Below are positions 1 through 17,138 of a stretch of DNA of 64,000 bases, one piece after another. Source of the DNA: Octopus vulgaris (taxonomy: Eukaryota); assembly GCA_951406725.2 (NCBI GenBank), contig OX597826.1, forward strand, positions 67,332,001 through 67,396,000. Direction: 5' to 3'. A program made the translations under genes and the position numbers. Within the stretch, counting starts at the first letter, position 1; each line of letters opens with the position of its first letter. The notes beneath the pieces were generated by a model. The model had not been told where the DNA came from. It made no database searches and saw only the letters and a program-made list of their open reading frames with translations.

Positions 1-624
1 ATGAAGCGATAACATTGCTTTCTTTTATTAATCGCTTCATTTCACAGATTTATGACCCCCCCCGCTCTCTCTCTACGTACGTGAACACTGCTTGGCCTTG
101 GCACGTTCACCGTCTCTTTAATTTCTCTCACTTTCTCTCTTAAAACTTTGACAAAACTGAACATTTTCAATGAAGAGACGAAATTATCTATTTAATGCGA
201 AGAAATTGAAACTTATCAACGAAATTGGGAGACAATATAGTTTGAAGAATGTAATGAATAATTATGATAACGAAAGTGAGAGAAACAATGTTATCAATAT
301 TGTATATTGTATACCGTTGTCGAATAAAATAGTGATCGTTTCTGTACATGAGTAGCTAGGTGTGTGTTTGAGTATGTTTGTGTGTGTGTGTGCTTGTATG
401 TGTATGCGCGCTTATGAGTGTATGTGTGTGTGTGTGCTTGTGTGTGCGCGCGCTTATGAGTGTATGTGTGTGTGCTTGTGTGTGTATGTGTGTATGTTTG
501 TGGGAATGTGTGCGTGCTTGTGTGTATAAGGTTGCGTATGTATGTAAAAATATGGTAATGGATCGTTTCAGGAGTTAAGTGTAGCAGCTGATTCCATTGT
601 TTGACGAGAGTGAAAGAAATGCGT

Positions 625-1164
625 AAATAAATAAATAAATAAATAGATAAATAAATAAATAAATAAAGGGTTTGCAAGTATCCTCCTGGAGAGACAAGTT
701 CACGTTGGCAAGCACTTTTGTTAAATATTTGATCTCCACATGGAAATTTATTTTAGCCAAGGTTCCTTATCAGATTTATAAGCATCACCGAAAGAACGGA
801 TCCATTGGAACCTAGACCTGAAATATTCGGTCGCAGTGCCTAAAGTATATGTTGCAATTGCGATTTGCTGCTCGGAGCAGTTTGGATCATCTGTTCTTTT
901 GTTCCACGGATAATAATGTCCGAGAAACTTTGCATAGTAGTTTCGGAATGTCGCGACTGACGATTCATAAGCATGCGCTAAAGCTGTGACATTTGCAAAG
1001 ATTCTAAACGGCCAGTAGGAGTGGTCATTGTTTATATAGCACATATTACAAATCATCTGTGACGGAACTGCAGTTCTGGAACCTGCTAAGCCAAAGATTG
1101 ATTGCCTGTCCTCCAGGGTGCTGCAATGAACTATGAATACTTTGTCAATCGGATAATTCGCCAA
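625..1164 (-). mobile_element. Decayed CR1/L2-group LINE 3' end (post-RT region) with (TTTA)n tail
   Basis: ORF 748..1164 has segments DKVFIVHCSTLEDRQSIFG and TALAHAYESSVATFRNYY resembling the LINE C-terminal motifs YKxxVRSxLEYxSxIWG and PLAHRRxVSSLxxFYRYY; on the minus strand it ends near a (TTTA)n run (625-667). Confidence 0.5.
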
Positions 1165-1339
1165 TCCATATTATTATTTTGGTTGCTGGTAGAAGGAATG
1201 ATCAATGATGTGCAGGTATTGAAAAGACTTCGCTCAGCCTCTTTCTTCCGGTCATTTCTTCGCGTTAAGCCATTAACTTCTACACATTTTCCCCCTCTCT
1301 CCATTTTCTTGTTCGCATTTCATTTTATTCTGCTTAATC

Positions 1340-1375
1340 CTCTCTGTCGAAGAGCGTAAGCTCGAAACATCAAAG
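1340..1375 (+). ncRNA. Minimal hammerhead-like motif, variant core CUGUCGA (HH1 family, older copy)
   Basis: ctct-CTGTCGA-a-gagc(gtaa)gctc-GAAA-ca-TC-aaag; downstream sequence resembles the copies at 49175 and 53625. Confidence 0.5.
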
Positions 1376-2074
1376 ACATTTCCTTTCTTCCCGAGCTTCA
1401 GACTAATATACTTACTTGTTGTTTCCGCCCCTGTGTTTGTCATTTTTGTATCTGAATTTGAACGGTATTAAAAAGACTAGCTTAGGAATAATTTCAGAAT
1501 GATGCTCAAAATAAATCCTTTGCAAAACGTATAGAAATCACTGGCTTCACAATATTATGAGGAATATTGCAAGTTCTGTTTTTGCTAGACAAACATTATA
1601 TTCACGATATAGGTGACTTCCCAAAGATGCAACATGAGTGACTAACTTTCCTTTATCATGTGTTCAATACCTAAGCAGTGTTGCTGATATTTGTCAATCT
1701 ATTGAAGTCCTATTGTAACGTGTAAGGGAAAAGAAACTTTTTGACGAGTCACTTATAAAAATTTTAACTTTTCTGTTAATGAGGGAAATGCTGTTTTCTT
1801 ATGCCAGGATCTGCATCAAGACGGATCTGCATCTCTTTGCCAATCTCTCACTAGTGTCCTCCTGACTATCCTTCTTTCCTTTCCACCTTTCTTTCTCCAC
1901 TGCCTTCTCCTTCTTCATCTCCCGTCTTTCTTCCCCACATTTTCCTCTACATCCTCTTCCCTCTCCTCCTTCTCCCCGTCCTCATCTTCATCAGTGTTTC
2001 ATAGGCATTGCTGTAACACTAGTAATGCAGATAGTAGTAATTAGAAGTGCCAAGTAACAACCGAAGCAACAACA

Positions 2075-2124
2075 GTAGTAGTAGTAGTAGTAGTAGTAGC
2101 GGCAGCAGCAACAACAGTGGCAAC

Positions 2125-2157
<33 letters not shown>

Positions 2158-2230
2158 CGTAGCAATAGTAGTAACTATAGCAGCAGCAATAGCTGCAATA
2201 GTAGTGATTCTACTAGTAATAGTAGTAGTA
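2075..2230. repeat. (AGT)n/(AGC)n trinucleotide microsatellite
   Basis: Direct reading. Confidence 0.9.
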
Positions 2231-2539
2231 TGACCGGCACTTATAAACAAGAGCAAACAACCATTCTTTGTTAATATATGATTCTTGTTATTGTTTTTCT
2301 TCTTGATCCTGTTCTTCTTCCTCTTCATCCTCACCTTCCATTTCTTCTCCTTCTTTCTTCTCCGCCTTCTTCTTTCTCTTTTCTTCTCCCCAACCTCACA
2401 GATGCAAATCATTGCGCCTCGACTTTTCCATTCAGTAATTCATTAAGACCTCCCGTCGTTTATTTTCGTTAAGAGTTCGTAACGCCGTCTTGTCAACTAG
2501 TCACTCTATCACAACGCTCCTATGTATGTCATGTATATT

Positions 2540-2955
2540 TATGCATACACACACGCATATACGCACAAACACATACACACACACACACACACATATATAT
2601 ATATGTATGTATGTGTGTGTGTGAGTGAGATAGTGTGGGTGTGTGTATGAGTGTATAGGTACATACCTATGTATAAAGATACACACACACATATATATAT
2701 ATACTGTAAATATATATATATATATATATACATGCATACATACATACATGACAGATTAAATATAAATGTATATGCACGTTGCGTTACATTACTTATACAC
2801 ACACTCACGCACAAACACACACATATATGCATATATATGTATATATATATGTATATATATGTATATATATATATATGTATATATATATGTATATATATGT
2901 ATATACATATATGTATATATATATATATATATATGTATGTATATATATATGTATG

Positions 2956-3007
<52 letters not shown>

Positions 3008-3035
3008 TGTATGAATATATGTATGTATGTATATA
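2540..3035. repeat. Compound (CA)n/(TA)n/(ATGT)n microsatellite
   Basis: Direct reading. Confidence 0.9.
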
Positions 3036-3252
3036 CAGATGCAGTCATTACGTCAATATGTGATTTAGATTAAGAGATCTGTGAGTAATGTTTATTACTT
3101 TCATTGTTTCCTCATCTTTAAGTGCTTTCCAGATCACGCAAATGCATTGTTTAGGATGTTACAACTATTTCATAAATGGGGGAGCAACAAGTGCATTCAT
3201 ACCTATTATTTTGTTTTTGTGCTTAATCTACATTTTAGATTTTTTTCTGTGT

Positions 3253-3302
<50 letters not shown>

Positions 3303-4084
3303 TATTTTCATTATTTGTTGTTGATATTTTTCTCTTCTTTTCCATAAATATGAATCAAAAATTCTTCTTCTGCCATCTCGTTTCCTAATATTTTCCTCGT
3401 CCTCTCACAGCAGGCTGTGTTATATCAAGTATATCTAATACTCTGTTTGGCTTACGTGCGTGTATGTGCGAATGCGTACGATATCACACTCATTCTTTAA
3501 TTTTCTATATCTACGTCGACAAACGATTTATTATTACTTCTTCGTAATGCAATCATTGCTACGGTTTGTTGTCTTTATGTTGTGCTAACGATATTTCTTG
3601 TTGCGGGTTGTTATTGTTTCGTGTTCTTGTTATCCTCCTCTTCCCCTCCTCTTCGATGCCGTCGTTATCGCTGTAACGATGTTGTTTGTTTGATTGCTGT
3701 TCTCTTCTACACCAAAAATTCTCCTCGGTTTATTATCGATGTCATGTTCATATTTAATAATTTGATTATTATTTCTAAGAAATTACATTTCGCATTTTAG
3801 AAATCAAATGCAAAAATGAATGCTGTCTTTGTCTCTTATTTTGTTTTATTTTGTTAATGTACTCAAAATACACGTGTGTTAGCAGCAAGTAGAGTCTCTT
3901 ATAATTATTATTAAACCGGATTACTTCTTCACATATAGAGGTTTCGTGCCGGAGACATTGAACAAGAACACGAAACGCAACATTTTAACTCTCCTATCAC
4001 TCACGTTATACCTCTTGCTTTCTCTTTCTCTCTAAGTATATGTATATATCCAATACATGCATTCACTTAACTAGTACTGAGACA

Positions 4085-4395
4085 GTTACAACGATGAGGA
4101 CTCTAGTTGATCTCGTCAACGGAATATCCACCTCGAGAAATTCACGTGCAAAGTGGCTGAGAACTCCACAGACACGCGTATCTTTAATGTAGGTCTCAGA
4201 GTGATTTAGTGTGAAACAAAATGTAACAAGGCTGGCCCTTTGGAATACTGGTACTTCTCGTTTTTGCCAGCGGAATGGACTGGAGCAATGTGAAGTAAAG
4301 TCTCTTGCTTAAGCACACGAAGCGCCGTCGGGAATCGTACTCAAGATATTACGGTCGTGAACCGAATACCCTAAACACTAAGCCACGAGCCTTCA
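4085..4395 (-). mobile_element. tRNA-derived SINE, mosaic: D-type head with C-type tail (diverged)
   Basis: Head ggctcgtggcttagtg...ttgctccagtccattccgctggcaaaaa matches the copy at 27633-27893; tail gtaccagtattccaaagggccagcc...gtgtctgtggag...cctcatcgttgtaac matches the copy at 53800-54183. Confidence 0.8.
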
Positions 4396-4609
4396 CTACA
4401 TACATACAAGCACGCTCACTGCCCCCTTTATCGATATCGGCTTCTATCATTTCCACATTCTATCAATTCTTACTTTTATCGATTCTTACCTCTTGTAATT
4501 CTACCCTATATGATTCTTTTTGCTACCGATTCTCCCACCCACAAATCTGCCCCCTACCAATTTTGTCCCTCTAATAATTCTGTCATCTACTATTCTGTCT
4601 TCTAACGAA

Positions 4610-4800
4610 TCGATCGATCGATACATCGATCCATCCATCGATCCATCGATCGATCCATCCATCCGTCCATCCATCCGTCCGTCCATCCGTCCGTCCGTCC
4701 GTCCGTCCGTCCGTCCATCCATCCATCCGTCCATCCGTCCGTCCGTCCGTCCGTCCGTCCGTCCGTCCGTCCGTCCGTCCATCCATCCATCCATCCATCC
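4610..4800. repeat. (ATCC)n/(GTCC)n tetranucleotide microsatellite
   Basis: Direct reading. Confidence 0.9.
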
Positions 4801-5000
4801 ACTGGTTCTGCTCTCTACATCTGCTCTTTAGAATTTAATTATTTCTCATATAAGGATAAAACCATTAAATTTGAATGTGTATATAGCTATACCATCGACT
4901 CCAGTAGAACACACAGCTCACTACATACATACGGTATTAGAGCCCAAAGCGTAGAGAGATTTATGTCAACTCATTTACTCAGTCCATTGTCTACAGCAGT

Positions 5001-5237
5001 AAATTAAATTAAAGTTACCTCCTCGAGTCATACCGACTCATAGGGGCCGGTTTTCTGATTTCATGGCGTATATATTCTCCGCGAGGACGGGACGCCGGTC
5101 CGTCGCAGGATTACACATTCTTGCCAGCTGAGTGGATTGGAGCAACGTTAAGTGAAGTGTTTTGGTCCAGGAATCGAAATCACTATCTTACGTTCATGAA
5201 TCTAACACCACAATCATTAAGCCACGCGACTCCACCA
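5001..5237 (-). mobile_element. SINE type D, diverged, with 11-bp TSD
   Basis: Matches 27633-27893; flanked by the direct repeat tctacagcagt at 4990-5000 and 5238-5248. Confidence 0.85.
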
Positions 5238-5244
5238 TCTACAG

Positions 5245-5445
5245 CAGTGGTTCTCAACCTTTTTTAAATCACCAGGCCATATCCAAATTGTGGACTCTTT
5301 TAGGGGCCCACATCAAAAATGTAAAACAAGAGTCAATTAAAGAAAAGATTATTATATATAGAGAGAAAAGGAAGACCGTCGGGGCACGCTGTAGGGATAC
5401 TTGAGTGCCGAATCCAGTCCTGGGAGCCCAGTTTCACAAATGCTG
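5245..5445. mobile_element. Possible hAT/Charlie-like MITE remnant
   Basis: Starts with CAGTGGTTCTCAACC, a typical Charlie-type TIR; only a degenerate right end (gtttcacaaatgctg). Confidence 0.4.
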
Positions 5446-6320
5446 TTCTCAATTCAACTGGTTTCTCTCGAAATAATTATTTGCATCATTGTTTAATTTT
5501 ACATAGACCAAAGTCGAAGGCTTTCTTTTGAGTATACAATGTAATGTCCACTGTAGCCTTGATGAATAGCAATCATAAGAAATATTTTCCTTAAGAAGTA
5601 AGAAACCAATACATTTGTAAAAACCTCATAAAGCAAGAAATGACACTGTTGTACATAAATAGATAAGTAATATTAGTAAATAAATACGGATGAAATTGCT
5701 GCATGTTGTATAAAAACGCATTCCATTCAGTAACAAAACAGTAACACTCTCTTACCCACCCGACGCCCAAAGCAATGAAACAACCGACTATATACAAAAA
5801 AGAATAGAATGTAATATATACGAGTCAGAGTCAGATTCTATAATTGGCAAGATAAATCGTCATATAAATTACTAAACAACTCACTGATATAATTAGAAAT
5901 CGTTACGGAGAATCAGATTAGGAAATTTAATTAGAAACTAGAAGAAAAAAAATTGAGTAAGGAAATTAAGGTTAGAAAGTAACCAGAGAGGAAGAAGAAA
6001 ATTCTGTGATTGTAAAGTATAGGTGTCCTGATAAAAATAAATCAGGCTAAGTGAACAGTTGTAAAGTTTGATGTCTTATATACAGAAATTAATGCTACAA
6101 AAACAGTGTAAATTTAATTGAAATACGCATACGCTGGATGAAACTTCCCCCCTCAGAGTATTTTTGCTTCGCTCTACAAACACGCACACACAAACACACA
6201 AACACACACACACACAAACATGTAATCGGTAGAAGTTTCAAAGTTTCAAACTTACTGAAGAGACGAAGATGCAAGTTCTACTACTTAAAAATGAAAACCC
6301 TCATGATTTGAGTATTTATA

Positions 6321-6551
6321 TATTTCTTTACTACCCACAAGGGGCTAAACACAGAAGGGACAAACAAGGACAGACAAACAGATTAAGTCGATTACATCGA
6401 CCCCATTGCGTAACTGGTACTTAATTTATCGACCCCGAAAGGATGAAAGGCAAAGTCGACCTCGGCGGAATTTGAACTCAGAACGTAACGGCAGACGAAA
6501 TACGGCTATGCATTTCACCAGGCGTGCTAACGTTTCTGCCAGCTCGCCGCC
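6321..6551 (-). mobile_element. SINE type B1 (tRNA head, Meta-like central domain), full length with TSD
   Basis: ggcggcgagctggcagaaacgttagc...gagttcaaattcc (B box)...gcctttcatcctttcggggtcgataaattaagtaccag; TSD tttgagta(t/c)ttata at 6307-6320 and 6552-6565. Confidence 0.9.
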
Positions 6552-6682
6552 TTTGAGTACTTATAATAAATATTAGATAAGAAATCGACTGGTTTACATC
6601 TGGTGGCTTACTGGTAAAGCAGTGTTGGTTATGTATATGTAAAGAAAAACACGGAAGACGGAATATACGAGAATTTATATTA

Positions 6683-6781
6683 ATCACGACAATTGTTTCG
6701 ACACATCGACCCTGCACGGGTGGGACACTTAACAACTTGTTCAGGAGTGTCCGGCGGTGCATTTATGTCTCATCGGGTGAT
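6683..6781 (-). ncRNA. Type I hammerhead-like motif with extended stem II and U4C core
   Basis: atcac-CCGATGA-gacata...gcac..ggacact..agtgtcc..gtgc...tgtgtc-GAAA-caattg-TC-gtgat. Confidence 0.65.
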
Positions 6782-7334
6782 AAATAGAAATAACTCGTTA
6801 AAATAACAGTTCCGCAATATATCTTCTCATTTCGTAGAAAGAAAAAAAGCATCAAAACGAAGGCTATGTCTTCATTTATCAGGTCATCCCATAAGTTCTC
6901 TCCGAATTTTGAATAAAGAAAACAAGAGATCAAACAAAGAATTTATTTACGATTTTAGATTTGTGCTTAAGTATTCATTGGATCTAATCCAGATAGTATT
7001 TTCAAAAAGCTTTACAGTTTTATATTTTAAAAATTTAATTTTAAAGTTTAAGAAAATTATAAGACGCTAAATATTTATGCTTACAACATACTAAAATGTC
7101 TGTAATTTTATTTAATATGTCTTTATTTCTATTACTAGCGTATAGTATGCTACTCGATTCCTTGATGCTAAGCATATACGATTTAGTATATGTGTTCTAT
7201 GGTGTTGATTCAGTAATTATCGATCATCGTTAATTATACTCAATGTTAGACTGTATGAGGTGGTTAATGTATGATGCTAATGTCGTGGAATTTTTTATAT
7301 AGGAGTGAATAAATGAATTCTTGCGTCTCCTACA

Positions 7335-8674
7335 TCTATTTTTAAAATCAGTAGTACTCCCTATATAAATTTTCCTAATGGGAGCCTTAACTCCCAAATT
7401 TTAGTCGTTTCTTTTATGATCCAAAACTAGTTCTAAAGTACAGAATGGATCTTTATGAACTTTGGAAATTATATTCTATGCATAAGGGCCATAACCCCCA
7501 TGACAATTCATATATTTTTCCTGTTGATGAAATTTTAACCATAGATATTAGACACAAATGAAGTAATATTTATAAAATTTCATCTTCTTACAAAGTTAGA
7601 AAGACCCCCTCCATGGGGACTTGACACCCACAATTTTGTCATTTTATCTAAGCAAAAACGAATACAGTTGTGCTCTTGGAAGCTGTAGGGTTACCCGAGC
7701 ATAAAAGTTGGGCATTATTTATAATTCAATGCTACAACAGTGTAACAGTTTGCTTTGACATACACTTACATTGTGATTTCTGCAATGTGGTGCATAAATT
7801 GTCAAGTAAATGAGAGGCATCTTTGCCTCTACTGATTCAGTCGCAAAGTGTTCAGTAAAGTTATTTGATTTCAGTCTTTTTATTATCACTCGGTCACACA
7901 TAGTCCCCAGATTGTAACATTGATTTCAAGTCCTTCCTAGATGAGTGACTGGTTATTCAAAGACATTTATAGATTTTAAATTTATTCTCTCCATTTACGT
8001 ATCAGTTCTGCAGTTGCAAACTCCAGAGGTGACACTTTAATTTCTCCTTAGCCCTCACGTCACACAGTTGTTAATGTTGATTTCAGTTGGGTCACGCCCT
8101 TCCAATTGCTGTAGATTCGTAATGCATCTTACAGCTGTGCCTGTCACCTGGATAGTGTGGAATCCTACTTTGGGAGTGGTAACGACTAGGGTAGGGTAAC
8201 TGACTGCTTATTGTGATCATTCGTCTTTTGGTTTCCTGTAGCTTTGCTCGCTTTTACAAACCCAGTAAACATATATGTCCTATTTCAAAGAAATTCAAAC
8301 AATAGATATAAGACCCAAGTTAAAAAGATTTTCAACAATTCAACTTCTCTGGTTGACATTAAGATGCCCACACCCAACAGGGGCCTTAACTCTCATATTT
8401 TAGAGCTCCGTGACCTTCATTTTTCAGGAGCAAAATCTTTTTAACAGGTTGAATAAGAGTGGTATTTTGGAATATGCACATAAAAATTAGTAGTATGGGA
8501 TACATGTTGCACGATTACAATTTTTTAGGGTGTGTAAAGAGGGAAATAACCCCCATCCACATTTTTTATGAAATTCGAAACGTAGATATTCCAGTTCATT
8601 ACAGAAAATATAACAGAAAAGTCTAATTCTTCTTCAATTGAATGTAACCAGGCAACGCCGGGTATCACTGCTAG
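7335..8674 (+). mobile_element. Non-autonomous Helitron-like element
   Basis: 3' end ccaggcaacgccggg hairpin then CTAG|t at 8671-8674; putative 5' a|TC at 7335 is less certain. Confidence 0.5.
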
Positions 8675-8711
<37 letters not shown>

Positions 8712-9289
8712 TTTGACAAGCGTTAACAATAGGGGAGTTGAACCATGTAAATAAAATAACCAAACCACTGATGTGAAAATATGGAAAATTTAAATGACTC
8801 TGGTCATAACTCACCTCAGATAATTATACATATGATCACCGAGTGTATTATTTGTCTGGATTGCTTAAATTATCGGAAAACAATTAGTAACGACGGTAGT
8901 TTTCAAAACAATTCTCGCTTTCTAAATTGTCCATTGAGACGGATGAAAACTTTGATTCGTGCTGCTTTTGTGTCTGTCGGTGTCCTGGTACGGAGTAAAA
9001 GGAAATTTCATACATAAAGGAGCTGTTGTTGATACTGTTGTTTCATTTTTCACAGCTGTTTATCCCATGGCCAGGCTTCGCGTTCAATCAAAGCTTAAAT
9101 CGAAGGTATTCTAGACGATAACTTATTGTAGATGTAGTGGTAGACTCCATCAGAAGCAGGTATTTGTTTCGCTGTTAATTGAAAAAATTGGAACCTCCAA
9201 TTGGTTAGCAAATTCTATATTCTGAAAAATAGATATGACATTCCTTGAAAGATATCTTCATATTTAAAAAAAAAAATTCATTTATTCTT

Positions 9290-9720
9290 CGACATCATAT
9301 TTCTTCAACAATTGCTTTTTGTCCACTCATCTTCTTCCATCTTCCTACGCAGTATTGCTTCCGGAGAATATGGTAATTCAGACATGAAAATATTACATGT
9401 CTTCGCATAAAAATAGTTGAAATTGCATTCATCTGCACATAGGGTGGAATTGATAAAAACGCAATGCGCTTGCTAATGGTTTTAAAAATAACCAATTCTC
9501 TATGTCCTGTTAATCAATCATATCTCGATGTGTTATGGAATAAATTTTGCTTCTTTATTCTTGAACATAACTCCTCAGAAGTTTGAACAATCTGAACGAC
9601 GAAATTTAGATCCACATTTGAAGCAAATGAAGAGCCTGACCAAATATTTACGTTCTTCTGTGTTGTATTTTTGGTTGATCGAAAAACCACGTAGCAATTC
9701 CCCCATTGACACAAAATGGT
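9290..9720 (-). mobile_element. Possible very decayed DNA-transposon (MULE-like) transposase fragment
   Basis: Weak resemblance of FKTISKRIAFLSIPPYVQMNAISTIF...YCVGR to MULE transposase segments; many stops. Confidence 0.2.
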
Positions 9721-10479
9721 AGGAAAAATCATGAGATGATAGAATATGTCTAGAGTTTGAATGCAAATCCATCGGGGTAAACAACAATGAGAACAAAATG
9801 AATCGCTTTCTTATGCCGCGAACATAGACACACACACACACACACACACACGCGCGCGCACACACACTCACACACACACACACACACGCACGTACGCCTA
9901 CGCCCACACATATGCTGAACATATTGTATCTTATATTTTCCCATATCGAACTGATATAGCAAAAGCCTCCGGCCTTTTATGATAGTAAACTATTATTCTT
10001 CCTAATTGTCTTTTATACCTACCACGGATTGATAGAGACCAACTGACTTCCTACACCTATATTCTTGAATCGTACAATTATACATACATGCATGTATCTA
10101 TATGTTAAGGTGCTGGAAAGGTAGAAAGATGGGATATTTCCAAGGCAGTATTCAATCCAAGTGCCAGGCACGCAATTCAAGATCACACCTTTTGATGCAA
10201 ATCTGCTGAAATGACATTCTACTTTTTACACCTTCAAATATTACGTAATTTTCTTAATGGAATATTCGCGTTATATGGTTTTAACAAAAGTATAGTACCG
10301 AAACGCGCGTCACGTGCCACGGAAAAATAAGCCAAACTCAGTCTTTGTTTTCTTATATGCATTTTATATATCACTGTCAATTCGCTACAGCTACGTGATA
10401 AGCTTCATAACTGGCGAAACATATATGTCCATCGCTCTTGAATGGGATTTCGGGTAAGTTGTATCGCCTGTCTATGACA

Positions 10480-10724
10480 TACTCTTTTACTTCTTTCAGT
10501 CATTTGACTGTGGTCATGCTGGAGCACAGTCTTTAGTGGAGCAAATCGACCCGAGGACTTATTCTTTGTAAGCCTAGTATTTATTCTATCGGATCATTTT
10601 GCCGAACCGCGAAGTTATGGGGGCGTAAACACACCAGCATCGGTTGTCAAGCGATGTTGGGGGGGACAAACACAGACACACAAACATACACACATGCACA
10701 CACACACACACAAACACATACACA

Positions 10725-10789
<65 letters not shown>

Positions 10790-10838
10790 AACCATGTAGT
10801 TGCTAAGCAAGCTACTTACCAGACAGCCATTCCTACGC

Positions 10839-10840
<2 letters not shown>
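10480..10840 (-). mobile_element. SINE type A with internal deletion and expanded internal microsatellite
   Basis: Head ggcgtaggaatggctgtctggtaag and tail gctccagcatgaccacagtcaaatgactgaaag match other A copies; the central segment is absent. Confidence 0.85.
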
Positions 10841-11162
<322 letters not shown>

Positions 11163-11809
11163 AAAATTTACTTTATCCGTTGGCAATCTATGCCGAAGGT
11201 TTATTCTGTTATTGAATCTCCAGAGTTGTAGACTATTAAATATGCACAGAGTTACAAGGTGACTTACAGCAGCCAGGTTAGATATTTCTTGCGCATTTCA
11301 CAATTGTAGAATATGCGTTCTACGCAATTCCATCATATTCGTCGTTCACTTCTAAATAACCTACACACCTCTACGTTATTTACTTACTCGACATACTTGT
11401 ATCTCATCTACAATATTTTAATATATGGATTTCTGTATAATCCCAACTCAATGTGTATTCACGAGGCATTTTTTTGCCTTTTGTTTTTCTCCTTGCTATA
11501 CATAACATAGCATTCTTTCTGAGTGATAACTAGGAAATATATTACAGAGAAATAAACAATAAGTTAAATTTGAAACAGCGTAGCTTACGATACCCTACCT
11601 TTACATAAAATACAATACCAAAATATAACAAACCATATAACAACATGATATTATAGAATATTAAAAAACCCAGCATAATATACTATACTGAAATATAATA
11701 TAATGCAATACAATATAATATAATACGATATAATATAATAGAATAATGTTATAGAAAACGTTATAAATAATATAACCAAAAGAATTATTATATATTAAGA
11801 ACAGAAAAA

Positions 11810-15670
<3,861 letters not shown>

Positions 15671-17100
15671 ATGTATGATCGCAAACTGAGTTATAAAGAA
15701 ATACGTTTCCGGCTTCATATCTATGCATTTAATAAAATTTCAGCCTCTTTGTGAAAATTGGTCCCCAGATTAGGTCCCAGGCTTCACTGCAGTTTAGAAA
15801 AATGATTGAAAAGTCTTATATGGTCTTCCAAATAATGTATTTCATATATTCTACAGCTCTATTTCATTCGTATAGAAAGATGTGACTGGTTTCTGATGAA
15901 TCTTATAAAAACCTGATTTTAATTACATGACTTATATGCACAACGTTACAATTGAAAGCCGCTGGAGATATAGTAACCTTCACAGTGTGAGGCAGATTAT
16001 TTAACTACTTCTCAGATGCAGATCCCTACACACCTTGGCGATCAGTAATGTTCACTAGTTGATCCTGTGATTCTAACTTATCTGGGTAAACCTAGATGTC
16101 TTGCAAACAACTTGCACATGCAAGTGCTACCAGTTAAAAGCTCCGTATACCGGAAGCTAGGAAGTGTATGGGGCCACCAGGAAAGAATGCGCGCCGTTTC
16201 GGGGCCTACCTCTCGACGGCATCAATGCGCACCGGCTCCCCTCACTGATATGAGGCCCCGCTTGCTAGATCAGCTGGTTATGAAGAACTCAATATACTTC
16301 TAGCCATCGCTCATCGTCTCTTTTTAACCAAATCGCTGGTCTCTGATCTCAAAAGCTGAAGTGGCAGAAAAGAGCAATGCCAGACGGACTGGCTATGAAG
16401 TTACAGCTTAAATAACAGTTGGGCTGACGACGACCTTGTACCCGTTTGGACACGTGATCTAGATATCATTTCTCAGACTTGGATGGATCGTAATGAAAAT
16501 TATACACTATATTTAAATTTTTCGTTTTGCTTTTAGGAGTGCAACACCTATTACTGGGGCCATCTTTAATCTCCTTTCTGTCAATACCTCAAATCAAAAA
16601 AATGTTTACTTGGAAGAAAGGGGTTGGTATTATCCTTTGATGGAATCCATATACAATCATTATTTTGGACCACAAAGCCCATAGAAACAGCTGTTTGATT
16701 CCTAAAACACTTATTAAACCCCATTAATTCCTGATATGATTTCCTTTCTGTGTAAATCGGACGATTTTATAAGTAAACATATGTAGTACATTTTTAGTAT
16801 TCAATTTATTCAATATTTTTTGTATAACGACTTGCCTAACTTGTTTTTCCTTACATTTACACCTCTACCTGCTCAAGTTTAAACCTCTTGAGCATTACGA
16901 AGCGTATTCTATACGGAGAATATCTCTCCCACATCAACGAACACACAGGCGCACACATATGTATGTATGTTTGTATGTATGTATGTGGTTATATATATAT
17001 ATACCTGTTGATTCACGAGTAAGCAGAAGCGATGAACTCTAGGAGTCAACACCAGTTGTAGGGGTATTCTTTAATACATTGAACAGAAAATCTCCGATGT

Positions 17101-17138
17101 CCAGCGCTTAGAGTTTCTCTTTCTCGATCATCAGCTGG
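17101..17138 (-). ncRNA. Hammerhead-like remnant (CUGAUGA intact, cleavage site non-canonical)
   Basis: ccag-CTGATGA-tcgagaaaga-GAAA-ctctaag-CG-ctgg; CG stands where UH is required. Confidence 0.35.

Noticed and set aside
748-1164. 138-aa complex ORF as a novel host gene or viral insert
   Set aside because: It starts at a non-ATG codon, resembles a decayed LINE C-terminus and ends near a simple-repeat tail.
5830-6100. Decayed LINE AP-endonuclease fragment
   Set aside because: Only faint motif echoes (IVTE, YRCP), too weak to call.
10278-10312. Additional hammerhead (…gtatagtaccGAAAcgcgcgTC)
   Set aside because: The 3' half looks PLE-like, but the CUGANGA core and stem I are not recognisable.
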